64,000 bases of DNA from NCBI GenBank assembly GCA_047495785.1, contig JBLDXI010000074.1:1-64000 (forward strand), written 5' to 3'. Every line of letters starts with the position of its first letter. Within the stretch, counting starts at the first letter, position 1. The notes under the pieces were generated by a model. The model ran no database searches. It was not told the DNA's origin and worked only from the letters and a program-made list of their open reading frames with translations. The stretch is from Lepidodermella squamata (Eukaryota; Animalia; Gastrotricha). This document shows positions 13,405-26,616 of this stretch, piece by piece. The position numbers and the translations under genes were made by a program.

Positions 13405-13779
13405 TTAATTAGTTTTAAGCTGCTTTGCAGTTCGATCTGCGGGAATCGGCACAATCGGCATATCGTCCCAGTCCCATTCGCCGGACGCGAACTCGACCGC
13501 CGCTCCGATGTAGGGCGCCGATGCACCCGGCCAAACTGGAGCACCCAGGGTGCCGGCACCCTGACCCTGGCCGAATTTGTTCGCACCCTGATTGGGCCAG
13601 TTCCAAGCTTCTGGGGTGCAGCATTCGCCAGATTGCGACGCAATTTCAACTCGATTGATGTTTTCCTCTGAAGATAACCCGTCGTTATTGTCATTTGTTC
13701 CGGACAGTCGTATCACTGAACCATTGACAATGGCAACCAAAAGGCCAACGATGTAGAAGATGACCCGAAAAATTCTCAT
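13405..13779 (-). CDS. Single-exon predicted secreted small protein (~124 aa), unknown family
   Basis: Signal peptide MRIFRVIFYIVGLLVAIVNG, acidic segment ending NINR, then CC and a Trp/Gly/Pro-rich region; GC-rich against AT-rich flanks. Confidence 0.65.
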   Translation of the reverse strand: MRIFRVIFYIVGLLVAIVNGSVIRLSGTNDNNDGLSSEENINRVEIASQSGECCTPEAWNWPNQGANKFGQGQGAGTLGAPVWPGASAPYIGAAVEFASGEWDWDDMPIVPIPADRTAKQLKTN

Positions 13780-14032
13780 TTTTTCGTAGCAAAAATTTGA
13801 AAAATAATTTGTGATAATGATAAAAAAGACCATCAGTTAATTAAAAGACGAGTCAATTTATTGACCAAGTTCGTGATCATAAAAATTATAATGACAACAA
13901 TAAAATGACGACGCTAAAATAATCATTATTATTTACAGGCGAGTGCTCAACTTTTTACACCACCGGACCAAAAATCCGACATGATTTTGGCTTTGGAATG
14001 ATTTTACGAATCTTGCCGATGAATTTTACGTA

Positions 14033-15814
14033 TCATTTGTGTAGCGAGTAACACAGGTAGGCGGCCAGGTTCCAGGCGGATAGCTCATCGACGGATGGTT
14101 TAGATTCGCTGCATATCGACCCTAGCATGTAGATGCTTTGCGGGTCGTCGGCTAGCATCCGAAGGTTTCGCACGTTCACGCGTGATGTCACGCCATTTAC
14201 GCCGACAAATACGACGGGTGCCAGCATTTCTCGGCGAACCTGCGAAAAATAAAGATTGGGCCCGAATTTAAAATTAAAAATAAAAAGTGACAAAATAATA
14301 CGACACGCTCTGCTGCAATGCCCCGTAAAATTATTGTATAAAAAATGAGAAAATTTCCTGAATTTTTCCGACTCGTGGCTAGTTTCCTCCGAAAGCAGTA
14401 AGGAATAAATGTGACTCAAATTATCCGGCATAAAATGAACTAAACAGCAATAATCATTAGGTCCCCAGATTACAAAATTTAAAATTTCTCGTTTTATCTC
14501 TATTGTTGGTTACAAGGTGTGTTTCGAGTTTTAGTTGTTAGGGCACTGAAATAAAATTAACACAAAAATTCAAACCCATCCTATAATAGCTTCTGGAAAA
14601 GCGCAAGCAAGTTGACGAGTTCGGAGAATTGAGGTCAAATTGTTGGTTCTCGGATGGCGTCAGCAATGCGTCAAATTTTCTTTCAATTTTATCCTATTTT
14701 TATATTGCAAATTTATTCCTAATTTTTATCTAAATAAGGAACTTTAAAATTTGGCAACAAATTTCAGTTTCTTGAGGCGTGTTCTCGATGTTTCGTTATA
14801 TTTGGTTACGGGTTATAGTTTCCAAAGCGGAACCGAAGTGCAATACTCATATCTCCAACTAATTTGCAATTTTCAATAGTTTGAAATTTTTGAATCCTTT
14901 ACAGGTTCAGTTACCGATTTCTTATTTACTAATTGTTACTCGGAATTTACGCAGGAGATAACATAAATTTTGCTTAAAAATACCGAAATTGGAAGCTCAA
15001 TAGGAATTTCGCTACAATTTAAAAAGACGAAGTATCATGAAAAATTAACAAATTAAAAAAGGAGATTAAAATAAGCGATTTTTACCGATAGCGTCGCCAG
15101 CATCATACCAGTCTCGGAATCGCCGAAATTGCCATCAGTGAAAACGACCAATAACCGGCGCCGTTTCGCCTTCACTTCGTCTTCGATTTTATTCATATAA
15201 GGCATGCCGGGTTCATCGAACATTGATTTAACGCCTTTATTGCGGTGAATCCTCGGATAGCGCCCTGTTAGTCGTGCCAACTTTCCGCTGTACTGATCGA
15301 ACTTGGGCGGCGGGTAGACAGGCTCCCAGAGCGAGGCTGAAGTCAGTAGTCTGAAGGCTCGAACTATACTAGACAAGCCACCGCCAGCATAGGGTAGCTG
15401 CTCCATAGCTTCGAGTAGCGACGTATCATTAGGCGGGACTAGGCCTGATACAACGTCAGCTCGAGACGAAAATCGAACTAGGCCAATGTTCAAATCGCGA
15501 TATTGAACCTGCTCGGGCGAGAACATAGACGCAACAACTCGGACGTAGTTTTTCAGCTGATTGAACGCAGCTTCGCCGATGGAAGATGAAGAATCGAGGG
15601 CGAAATAGAAATCGCCGTTACAGTCCGATTTGTTCGCCAGCATCGCTAGCACGTTTTTGTACCGCCAATTGTGGCCAGGAACAGCGACGCGGCGTAAATT
15701 ATTCGTATTTTGCCACGGCCATGGCGCCGCCTTAACTTCACTCGATCGGCATAGATCGACGGCGAAAATCGCGGTTAAAATAATTGAGTGAATAATAACC
15801 AGGACTCGCGACAT
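14033..15814 (-). CDS. Secreted single von Willebrand factor A (vWA) domain protein; exons 15814-15086, 14239-14033
   Basis: Signal peptide; DFYFALDSSSSIG (MIDAS DxSxS), IGLVRFSS, LLVVFTDG, exon 2 VVFVGV...LRMLADDP; phase-0 GT/AG junction. Confidence 0.85.
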
Positions 15815-17755
15815 TTTTTCTCAGCGATTATGATGGCGATAATGATACGACAAAATATTCTCGTCTTTCATAACAACTTTCCGGCGCCAGACAAAATATT
15901 AGTTGAGAAAAATTGACATTTTGCTATAAAGTAAATATTAATAATATTATAAAAAGACACCTTTTCTGTTTATTACAATTCTGTTATTTATTGCCGGCCA
16001 AGCCTAGCGGTCTAGTGACGCGTGGCTTTCTGAATTTTCTGAAAAGCGCGCGCGTTAAATGTCTCTCGGTGCGCTTTTTGCAGGTGCAAAATTGCCGGCC
16101 ATTCATGCGCGCATTAAACAATGTAGGATATAATAAGCAATAATTGAATTAAATAATTATGTATGAAAGTTATATGATGTGCTGCGAATTTTATATGTAT
16201 AAAATTTTAATATTCAGTTATACGATATTATATCATTTTATTGCCCAGTCTAAATTTTGTGTAGCCGCGACAGTTGACGCCTATTTGCACGTGGAAGCCG
16301 GGTAAATTAGAGGCTGTACAGACTGTATCGCGTACTGGATTTAGGTGCAAGACACCGCGAGTGCCGCACGACTTCTTGGTGGTATAAGCCACGCGCTGAA
16401 AACGACAACGGAAGCTTGGATACCTATGATGATAATGATGATGCGCTGCTTTCTCACGGATGGCATCGCGTTGCACTGCTTAAAACAATCGCAGAAAACG
16501 CACTTGCTTCAACTACCTGCATATCTTGATCTAACATGATTAATATTTTGCGAGTTTAGTAGTTAAGCTGCATTTCCTAATCCCTAAATAATCATACCTA
16601 TGTCCCTAAATTTATAATTATAAAACCCTAATAAAAACCGGGTTTTCATTCGCGAAAATGATAAATTCCGGCTTATTTAATCAAATTTGACGAATCAAAA
16701 AACGACATCTTAGTGGGAACCAGTGAATCCCAAATTTTTGGTAGTTTCAGAGGACACGCGAAAAGCATCACTTGAAAAGTGTGATCGTCGAAAAAAGTCA
16801 AATGGCTCCTGTCGCCAGCTTTTTGAGCCAACCGATATGGTTTAAAACCTTCCGACCAATCAGAAAACTGAGGATTCAATGGTTCCACTAAGCAAGCCTC
16901 TTTAAGTGGGTCACGAAGTGGGGGTAAAAATATACCTGAAAAGCCGAAAATAGCCAAAAAGGTCGAAATTTTGGGGGTGGGTTGAGGGTGGCTAGATAAA
17001 ACCTTGCCACTAAAATTCGCCCAAACGGCAACAACTGCACATCAGATGTTAGCAGCGCAAATGACGTTCATACTCTTCCGCATTAATATCTATATTGATT
17101 TCGAAATATTTCAAAGACTCGGCCGATTTTGGTTCAATTTGTTAAATAATGAGAGAAATAACGGCCTACGTAGGCCTACAGGGACCGGCAGAAGTTACAG
17201 TACTAGGCGCAGAATGGTACCCGCGAAAAGTAAAGCGCTGATACCTCATATTATGTCGAAATAATTAATCTGCAAAACATGGCTATATGCATTTTAGCCC
17301 TATTCCTATGCCTTTTTAGCGCTGATCTGGCCGAGCCGATTGAGGAAATCATTTTCAATGAATTCTAAGATCTAAGATCGCAAATTTATCATAATTTGTG
17401 AATTCCATGTTTGTAAGCTCGAATATATTTGCCATAAATATGCCACGAAACATCTGGGACGTCAGGGAAAATTTCGTTTAAATGATCAAAAATCATGAAA
17501 AATTCTCGATCAGATTTTATCACGTTGTAATTTGAAATGAAATAGTGGTACAATTAGCTTCTCATTTGTTTATCAAAGTAACAATGACACTCCCAGGGGA
17601 GAGATAAACAAATAGCCCGTTTGCCATATTTTTATTTGCATGTCCATCGGCAGCGTGGGTAATAATTAATCAGCAACAAAATAGTCATTCATGAGAATGC
17701 ATTTTTGATTAAGCCTTCATCTGCTCCATCATTATAGTCGTCTCCGTAAATAGCC

Positions 17756-18152
17756 ATTCATTTGTTTTGAAGCTGCCATCGAAAAAGAAACACCGTTATT
17801 AAACTTTCATCATATTTTATTATGACCACCACAAACATTTGCAATTTTAGTCAATATCAGCCGTTCGTTATTCGGTATCCATTTCAGCGTAGAAAAAGGA
17901 GACGAAGATGTATTGAACCCTCGCCCCGTTTTGCTGCTGCTGATTACCCCAGTAATTCGGCCCGACCGAACTGCCGCCCACCGACCCGACATTTTCTGAA
18001 TAGCGCGACGGTGACATAGGCCGGAACTCCGGGGGTGGTAGTTTCGAATTGCTGAAATTCGTATTATAAGGCCCGCTGGTTATCGTGGCAATGCCTAAAA
18101 ATTGACTACGTTGACAAGACTGTTACCGCCCTGAACGGCGGACCCGGTTCTT
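17756..18152 (-). pseudogene. Partial, internally deleted tandem duplicate of the 3' region of the CUB-LDLa gene
   Basis: 17756-17909 matches 19686-19839 and 17908-18152 matches 21154-21408, same orientation, few substitutions. Confidence 0.9.
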
Positions 18153-18400
18153 CCCTAGGAATAAAACTTCATTGCATTTCAGTGCATGGGAATGCATGGG
18201 TCCTGCATTACAATGCATGGGAATGTTTGGTGGATCTATAGTGGTTGCATGTAAATGCATGGAGATTGATGTAGGCCCTTGGATGTACATGCGCGTACTT
18301 GCGTGTAAATGCGAGCACATTCAATGGCATGCATCGTCCATGCAAGTTCATGCGAGTACTCGCATGTACACGCATGTAAACGCAATACGACTTAACTAAT
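18153..18400. repeat. TGCATG-rich degenerate repeat, probably TE-derived
   Basis: Dense repeated tgcatg/gcatgt motifs starting exactly at the duplication breakpoint. Confidence 0.5.
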
Positions 18401-18431
18401 TAAATTACTGTATACCTGGTATTCACTACCC

Positions 18432-18640
18432 CAGAGTTGTCCTCGGGTCTTAAATTTTGGACCCGATCCGAACCGGCCTTCGGAATCCCAAACCCGGGTC
18501 CGATCCGATCCGATCCGATCCGAGGTCAAAACCAGGCGCTTTTCTGGGGTTTTTCCTGGTCGGATAAGTTACTTATGACTCGTCACGATTTTTTGCTTTT
18601 TGGGTCGCGGGTCGCGGGCCCGAAGAAATCACTTGATGAG
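18432..18640. mobile_element. hAT/MITE-like terminus with CCGAT subterminal repeats
   Basis: cagagttgtcctcgggtc...gacccgatccgaacc...ccgatccgatccgatccgatccga; matching other end not found. Confidence 0.35.
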
Positions 18641-19278
18641 GGTAATAATCTGTATTTGAAAATTATATGAATTGACTTGGATATTGGCCAGACTCTATAG
18701 AATCGGCAGAAAACGCTGGTTCTCCTCCCACACTTGTCATTGCGAAGATCGCCCATCTGATCCTAGCATGGCAGGTACACGGGAGTGAAGTTTATTCCGT
18801 CGTCTCTTTCTCTTTCTGTATTAGTTTTTGTTGTTTTTTACTCTTTCGCTCAAGACGATGAATAATGTAATGTAAAAAGATGATGTAATGTGATGATGTA
18901 ATGTCATTGCGTGATCGCCGCACTAATCCACCTTAATCCGCCCCTCAAGGCGAAAAGCCGCACCTGACTGATAATCAGACGCCTTGAAATGTAAAACGTC
19001 GCCCGTTAAAATAAGAAAAACGCAAATGTGATGATGATGCCTATTAGACGCCACTTTTTGGAATCAATTTTACATCGGCTAAACCGGTATATGAACCAAA
19101 ATACCTACCACCTGGGATATGATTAACAGCGCTCGTACGATTTTTTGGGACAATTTGTCACATATTACGAATAGCGATCGCTTTTAGATCAACGATAGCG
19201 CTAACCTATACGTGTAGCGTTATTAGGTAGACCGCGCTATATATCGCCCATCGGGCTGTTCAAGGTCCTCAAGGTCTT

Positions 19279-19520
19279 ATTCAAACAGTGCCCGCGAACT
19301 TTTTCACCATCGGCATATTTGGCGGCTGGAAAGCCTTAGCTCCAGCCACAATTTTGGCTGAAAATAGCGCAAAACAGGCTGATTTTCGGGTTATGATCGT
19401 GCGAAACTAGGCATCCGGGCGCATGCCAGGTATTCTTTGAGAAATCCTACCGACCGCCATGAACTGCCATGACCTGCACATCGGGAAAAAAATCCGAGTT
19501 CGCGGAGCGCTGATTTAAAT
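19279..19520. mobile_element. MITE-like element with imperfect TIRs
   Basis: attcaaacagtgcccgcgaact at the left vs agttcgcggagcgctgatttaaat at the right. Confidence 0.4.
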
Positions 19521-20577
19521 AAAAATTGTGCTGAAAGCCGCCCAAGTTGAATAAATGAAATTGGGCGGTGGTTTAACCAGCCAGGGCGACTTTGTTTACT
19601 TCGAGGGCGCGCTATTATTAAATGAGGGCCGAGATTAAACGAGGGCGAAATTTTACCTTTTGGGGCGGCAGATTTTATTTTACCGATTCATTTGCTTTGA
19701 AGCTGCCATCGAAAAAGAAACACCGTTATTAAACTTTCCTCATATTTTATTATGACAACCACAAAAATTTGCAATTTTAGTCAATATTAGCCGTTCGTTA
19801 TTAGGTATCCATTTCAGCGTAGAAAAAAGAGGCGAAGATACACGAGCGTAACAATTAGTGTACAAGGTGATTTCTTTTCGATCAAGCCACCTCAAACGAT
19901 AATATATTTATATGTATAATCGCACCATTCTTGAAGTACACACTCATTTTTAGGTCGGAAAGATAAGACACGCGTTGTTCGGAATTTTTCTCACGCGAGG
20001 CGCGCAGATGTGCATTCTCGCGGCGATAACCGCCCGGAAAATTACGCAATTCAAATCGAACTCCAGTGTTTACAATCGTGGCAACAAACACACAAATATG
20101 CAAAATTCAGAGTAAATAAAGCAATTTAGATATAGGTATTTGGCGAATCTAATGCACCGTTGTGGTTTTTGGCCGAGAAAAACGCAACAATTGGTCGTTG
20201 TACCCACAAATCATTGTTAAGTAGAAAATTATTTAATGAAGCGAATTGAGCTTTTTCAAATTTTACAGTTTTGAGACAGAAATCCCAGCAGTTTTATCAG
20301 GCGAAGAAAAAAAACAAAAAAAACGCGGTGAAGAGATCAAAATTTCGTTTATATTTTATACAAGTTCAGGGACCACACGTAAATTATATGCATCCAGCCT
20401 AATAGTGTGAAAAACATAAAGATTGATTCAGATAGTGATTTCCACGTCAATCGCAACAAATAAATCGTTGAGGAGGCGAAAAACGGAAGATTGATTGCAT
20501 CAAAACAGTTTCAAATATCATATATTGCAGTCTGGAAGGGTGATTCAGGTGATGAGCTATATATTATTGGCTTGAAA

Positions 20578-20765
20578 CAGGACCGGATTAATTTTTTTGA
20601 AAATAACGCGGTAATTGAAAAAATCCTTTAAGCTGGAATTTTTCAAATTTTCCCCCGAAATTTTATTTTCGTCGAAATAGCACCCATCTGTCACGCGGAA
20701 TTTCCGTTGGAAAAACGGCTCAAATAACAGGTTTTAGGCACGTGCCCGTGATTAATCCGGCCCTG
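20578..20765. mobile_element. 188-bp hAT-like MITE downstream of the CUB-LDLa stop codon
   Basis: TIR CAGGACCGGATTAAT / ATTAATCCGGCCCTG (14/15 match); no clear 8-bp TSD. Confidence 0.55.
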
Positions 20766-20846
20766 GACGTGTAATGACCATCTCGAAAATACTGCTCTGA
20801 CCGTGCTAATTGCAGCGTTGATAATAATAATAATAACACGTCATTT

Positions 20847-23184
20847 TTACAAGTTGACTTGCTGTTGCGATCTTTGCTGCGCGTAATTATTACTGTACAT
20901 TAACGCCTCATCCACATGTATGTCGGTTGGCTTCATATTATTGACGTAACTCGACGCCGCTGCGGAACGTGCCGATTTCGATGAGGGCGTTGTCGAGCGC
21001 TGCGTTTGCAACACGCCGTCGAAATTATTATGCGACCCGGGCATCGCCTGGCCCTGCGACCCGCCGAAACCCGACGACGAAACCTGAGACGGCCTCGTGT
21101 TATGCGGCGAATTCGAATCGTCGTACTGCGTTTGAAAATGCCTCGGAGCTGCCATGTATTGAACCCTCACCCCGTTTTGCTGCTGCTGATTACCCCAGTA
21201 ATTCGGCCCGACCGAACTGCCGCCCACCGACCCGACATTTTCTGAATAGCGCGACGGCGACATAGGCCGGAATTCCGGGGGCGGTAGTTTCGAATTGCTG
21301 AAATTCGTATTATAAGGCCCACTGGTTATCGTGGCATTGCCTAGAAATTGACTCCGCTGACTCGCGCTGACAAAACTGTTACCGCCCTGAACGGCGGACC
21401 CGGTTCTTGAATTAGCGCAATACGCCCCATTCGGCCCGATTTGGTAACTCGCCCCGGCTAGACTGCCGCTGCCGGGTCCGCGGCGTTTTTTCTCGCGGCA
21501 AATAAAACGCCGGCACAGACAAATCGACGCGATTAAACAAACAATAATGACTAGAACACTTCCGATTGAGATTGAAAGAGACGCGGCGACTCCGAGTGAT
21601 AGTAATTTGTCGATTAAGGAGACAGGTTGTTGTTGATTTTTCAGTGAGCAACTGCGGAACGGCGGTTCGTCGGCCGCGTCTTTCGAGCCAGGGCAATTTG
21701 GCGAATTATCGCAGGTTAGATTTGAGTTGATGCAAATAACTTCTTGATTGTATGTTTTCGACGAGCAAGGGAAAAGAGCCGAGTCTTTGGTATCTCTCGA
21801 ATTGGCACATACTTCTGATGTCGTAGATGTGGTGAAGGCGGTTAGTAACAGCTTAAAACCACCGCCTCTCGCAATACTTCCGGTCCTATAAAAAAGAATC
21901 AAATTCATGTGAGGACATAGATGTAAAATTCATTTCGATTTTCTCAAATTTTCTTCAATTCTCGCAATAAAAACTAAAACCTTCCCCGATTTTATGTATG
22001 ATATCCTTTTTCTCATTAGCTCTTCAAACATAAGTTGCAAAGACGTTTTTTCCAGCAAGGTAATCGAGTACAATTTTTTCCAACAATAATTAGCTGTCCA
22101 TGCGGTAATTTTTTCACCCCTAGTATCAGTTTCAAGAGGCGTCAAGCCTCGAGCAAAAAAACGCCAATCATTGTTTTTCATCGCTCTGAGAAGTTGTTTA
22201 CTTCTCCGCGTGTGGCTCGCGGAAGTTAACGATAAGCAGAACCTGTGGCGGAATGGCGAATGGTTAGGTTTATCAGGGCACCATCTTACAAACTAAATTG
22301 ATGCAGCTAGTCTCGAGAGTAATGCGCGCGCGCACTAATTGGAATGTTCATAGCATCGCTACTTCCGTGCGTAATTCGCACATTCTCGTTACTGTGGCGG
22401 CCGCAAGTGGAATCTATATATCACATATGCTAATGCTGAAAATACCACTAAACCAGACATCATAAATCAGCTAGCCAATAATAGTTTGAACTAATAAACA
22501 AACATAGCTTCCATGTGTGTGTATTTGGCTACTTCTATCCCAGCAATAACAATAAAAAGCGCGCCGCTAATGGATTGAACAATTAAATAGTACTCACTCG
22601 AAACCGACGAAGAATCGCGATTCGGCCTCTGAAAAATACTCCAATGTGCCGTTGAACTTCTTCTTCATATGGTTACAGATGTAAGTGGCCTCGCCGCTGG
22701 CAAACTGTGGCAGTAACAACAATAAGATAAGTGCTCGATAAATAATAGAAAGCAGAAACCAACTTGATGGCGCTCATCGAACACTGCGATTTTGTTGTTA
22801 TAGTAGTTGAGCGTTAAATTCGATAATATCAAATGGTCACTGCAGCCTTCAACGTACGGCTCTACTGGCAGATCGTAACTTAGCACTTTCACGGCTATTC
22901 GCCACTTGGGTAGAGCTGTTGTGAAGCGCAGAATACAGCGAAAGCCGAAATCGTATTTCAAGCCTGTTAAATATCCTCGGTGCGAATAGACGACAGCGCT
23001 TGAAGCTATGCTGTAAAACAAGTCGCTGTTGTCGGAACAATCATCCATGAAAACTAGATATAGTCATAACAAATTAGCAGCTCCCGAGATAAAAAATAAA
23101 CCTACACTTGAGGTGAGATGATGACGCGATTTGAGTTGACAGAGCCAAAATGAGTAAAACTGCCGATAATTTCCATGGTTTCAT
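20847..23184 (-). CDS. Type I membrane protein: signal peptide, CUB, LDLa, TM, low-complexity tail; 4 exons (23184-23106, 23053-~22764, ~22704-22598, ~21886-20847)
   Basis: MKPWKLSAVLLILALS signal; CUB: CILRFTT...YDLP...CSDHL...FFVGFE|TGSIARGGGFKLLLTAF; LDLa: FPC...CINSNLTCDNSPNCPGSKDAADE; TM ISIGSVLVIIVCLIASICLC followed by RR; C-terminal QVNL could be a PDZ ligand. Confidence 0.85.
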
Positions 23185-24421
23185 AGTAATAACCTAAAGA
23201 AAATATGGGTTATTAAAAAGATATAAATTAAGACTGTTCACAAGTTTACAGCAAGCGGTACCTACTACCTACTAGCGATAAAGTTAGAAGCAAAGGAGAA
23301 TTTTTTTGAAAGTTAAGCAATTGTGAAACCGTAAACAATAAAAGCCATTGAGATACTGAGGACTAGGAAAAAGGAAAAACATACTTGGAACAATTTAGAT
23401 GACTCTCTATCGGCATATCAATGATCAATTTCAAGTAATAATCATATGAAATAGCATTGCTAACGGTTGAATATCGAACATCTTCTTTGTAAGCTGTGAT
23501 GTTACCCGACCGCCGACCAGAGAAGACAGTATAGAAGTAAGATGTTATGGTTCGATTTGAGATGAGCTTGGTTACGGGTTACGGCTAATCGAATCGAATC
23601 CACAAATCAAAAATGCCGGATTATGAAATTAGACTTGTCCATAAAGAACGCAGAAAATCTGCCTTCTCCTAAAGCTAAAAGCCACAAAGGCTTTCTTTTA
23701 AAGAATATCATCCGATGCAATGTGATATTTATAGAACCAATAACCGTACCTTCAAGAATTCCAAATATATGCTCGAAGCTAAATCCTAATTCAAGCCCCA
23801 AATAAATGATGTATTTTTTAGCATCAGTACCATCTTGTCTGCAGGCTTTTATGAAGTAGAAAAAAGCAGAAGCAAAACAATAAGTCAACAAACAAGTCAA
23901 CAAACAACACAGGAGACTCGAGCGATATGCGATACTTTCAGAATTCCTCCATAAAATGTGTTTTTCAAAGTTCAAGGAAATAGGAATTATATGCCACATC
24001 GGAAACAGCTTTCGTGGGTTAAGTGTCTGCAAAAAAGTTTACCAGCATCCACATGACTGATTTCCATGGAAGTAACTCGGATACATACCTACATACAACC
24101 CACAACTCTGTTTCCCGTTTCTCAAAACTCCGAAACCCCTCACAAAAACCGAAACCCGAAACCCGAGAGAGACGAGAACCGCGCGCCGCCGTTTTGAAAA
24201 ATTCAATTTTCTAAATTTTGTATATCTGTCAATTATATTAAATGACGGCTCAGAAATTCTCAATACAAAACATGAGTCATAAAAGTTTCATATTTGCCGC
24301 GCATTTCGCAAACCTCGCCTCATTTTTCGCGCATACGGCTTCCATATGCCTTGTATGCTGACGTTTCCTTGTGCCGTGAACAAGTTTGGAGCGAATACGA
24401 ATCATCTGCGACTTAAAGCGC

Positions 24422-25956
24422 GTTGAGACCGACATTATTTCATTCATCGACGAGCGCGCAGACCCCAACTGGAGAAAAGTCATCGATCTTACTGGGGCCA
24501 ACTTCACGGAGTTTGTCGAAAAGCATGACATTTCTTTTGTTGGTTGAATTCTACGCCCCTTGGTGTGGTCATAGCAAACGTTTGGCACCTGAATACGAGA
24601 AGGCTGCCCGTAAACTCAGCGAACGCCCAACTGAAGCTCCCATTCCTCTGGCTAAGGTCGATGCTACCTCAACAGAGAATACTGGTTTTGTGAAGCAATA
24701 TGTCGTTACTGTTTACCCGACGCTAAAATTTTCCGAAAAGGTCGTGTTTTTGATTTCAAGTTGAAGGGGGCTCCGGATGAACATTCGATAGTCGCGTATA
24801 TGGAAAAACAAGCGCAACCTGCTAGCTCGGAAATCTTCTACCGGAACAACGTTAAGGAATTAGTCGGGCGCTCAGTTGAAGACGTGCTTGTTGTTGGATT
24901 TTTCGAATCGGAGACCGATAAATTCTACCAAACATACATCGAAGCTGCCAATGAAATGCGTGACGAAAAGCTTGACGATGACAAGTTCCTCCATGTTATT
25001 GGCCGTGAAGCATGGAAAGACTACAATGTGACGAAGCCTCTAGTCGCTATCTACTTACCAACGCGTTTCCAGACCAAGTACGAACCTAAACGACACGAAT
25101 TTACCACTGCCAATGCCAAGCGATCAGAAATTGTCGCTTTCATTCAAGCGAACTCCGTTCCCCTCGTTGGCCATTACAACTCGAATACTCATGAGAAGCG
25201 GTACAAATCCAAGCGTCCGCTTTGCCTGTTCTTTTACTCAGTCGATTTCTCGCCCAAATATCATGATACCACCCAGATGTGGCGTCGCAAGGTCGCCGAT
25301 ATTGCCAACGACTACCGTGACATTACCTTCGCTATTGCCAATGACGAAGAGTTCGACAGCGTTATGCGCGAAATGGGTTTCGAATACTCCAGGGAAGAAA
25401 TCAACATCGCCTGCTACGATTCTAGGAGTACGAAGTTCCCTCTTGATCCTCCGATGGAGGAATGGAGTGACGAACACGTCCGAAGCTACCTGAATAAAAT
25501 GAAAAAGGGCGAACTGGAAGCTTTCTTCAAATCTCAACCCGTCCCGGCGAGGGCAAGGATAAATATGGCCAGATCACTATTGTTGTGGGTGAAACTTTCA
25601 ACGACATCGTCATGAACTCTGAAAAAGATGTCTTGGTCTTCATCCACGCACCTTGGAGTCGCCATTGCAAGAACCTAGCCCTCGAGTACAAGAAGTTAGC
25701 CGAGAGGGTCATCCCGAAGGAAGGCAATAATTTGATTATTGCTAAGATCGACGGTACAGCCAACGAACTTCACCCCGGCTTCACTGCCACAGACTTCCCG
25801 ACCATTTACTTCGCGCCAGCTGGTCGCAAAGAGACCCCGCTTGAATACGGAGGCATTGGTACTGTCGACGACATGATCACCTTCATGAAGCAGCACTCGA
25901 CTAAGTCGTTCATCGCCGACAAGAAAACCGACGATTCGAAGAAAGAAGAGCTCTGA
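24422..25956 (+). pseudogene. PDIA4: Protein disulfide-isomerase A4 (ERp72)-like copy, 5'-truncated, three frameshifts
   Basis: [13 protein letters not shown] (end of a0 domain and linker), [13 protein letters not shown], b-b' domains, a' domain IHAPWSRHCK, C-terminal KEEL; frameshifts near 24531, 24726 and 25546; no signal peptide or first thioredoxin domain. Confidence 0.8.
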
Positions 25957-26616
25957 AACAAGTCACTCAATTATTATTATGACGAGGACACTAATCAGCA
26001 TGAAAATGTTTGATTCTAGTTTGTGATAAAATGGCTTGTTTATTGTTTAAATTAATTTGTATTCACTCAAAGTGGAGTTGTTTTCCCGGTGATGTTCTTG
26101 TTTTTCTGGGCGTTGTCTTGCCGTTTTACTGCGTTGTATTAGTAGCCCTCAAAAGCGCTCAGGTGATCACAACACAAGTTGAAGATTATTACTGTGGCCT
26201 ATCTGGGAACTGTTCTCATTACTGATGCAATTCATTGAGCGTAACTTGAACATCTTACTTCTTTACCGGGAAAAGAAGGTGCGAATACGAACAGAAGGTC
26301 AAATTTCAACCTTTCGATCTGCTCCAGGCTTCTTCTATGTGCAGAGTTTTGTTGACCCTGACATGATTTAATAATTTCGATGCGGTATGAGCGAAACGCC
26401 TAGAAATCTGTATAGAGAGTCAAAAGTGGTGGTCTTAATTTCAAAACTTGCACTCCTGGAAGAACTATCAAGAGGCTTCCGCAATTGTGTTGATCTTTCA
26501 CTTGCCATTGCTTGTATAAGAGAGAATTGTTTCATGAGAAAATAACTAAGTATGCTTCTATATTTTATAGATTATAAATTACGGTCTGGTTGGAAACTTC
26601 AGATATTGCGGGGCTT

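Noticed and set aside
15995-16040. tRNA-like 5' motif gcctagcggtctag
   Set aside because: No downstream T-arm or B-box
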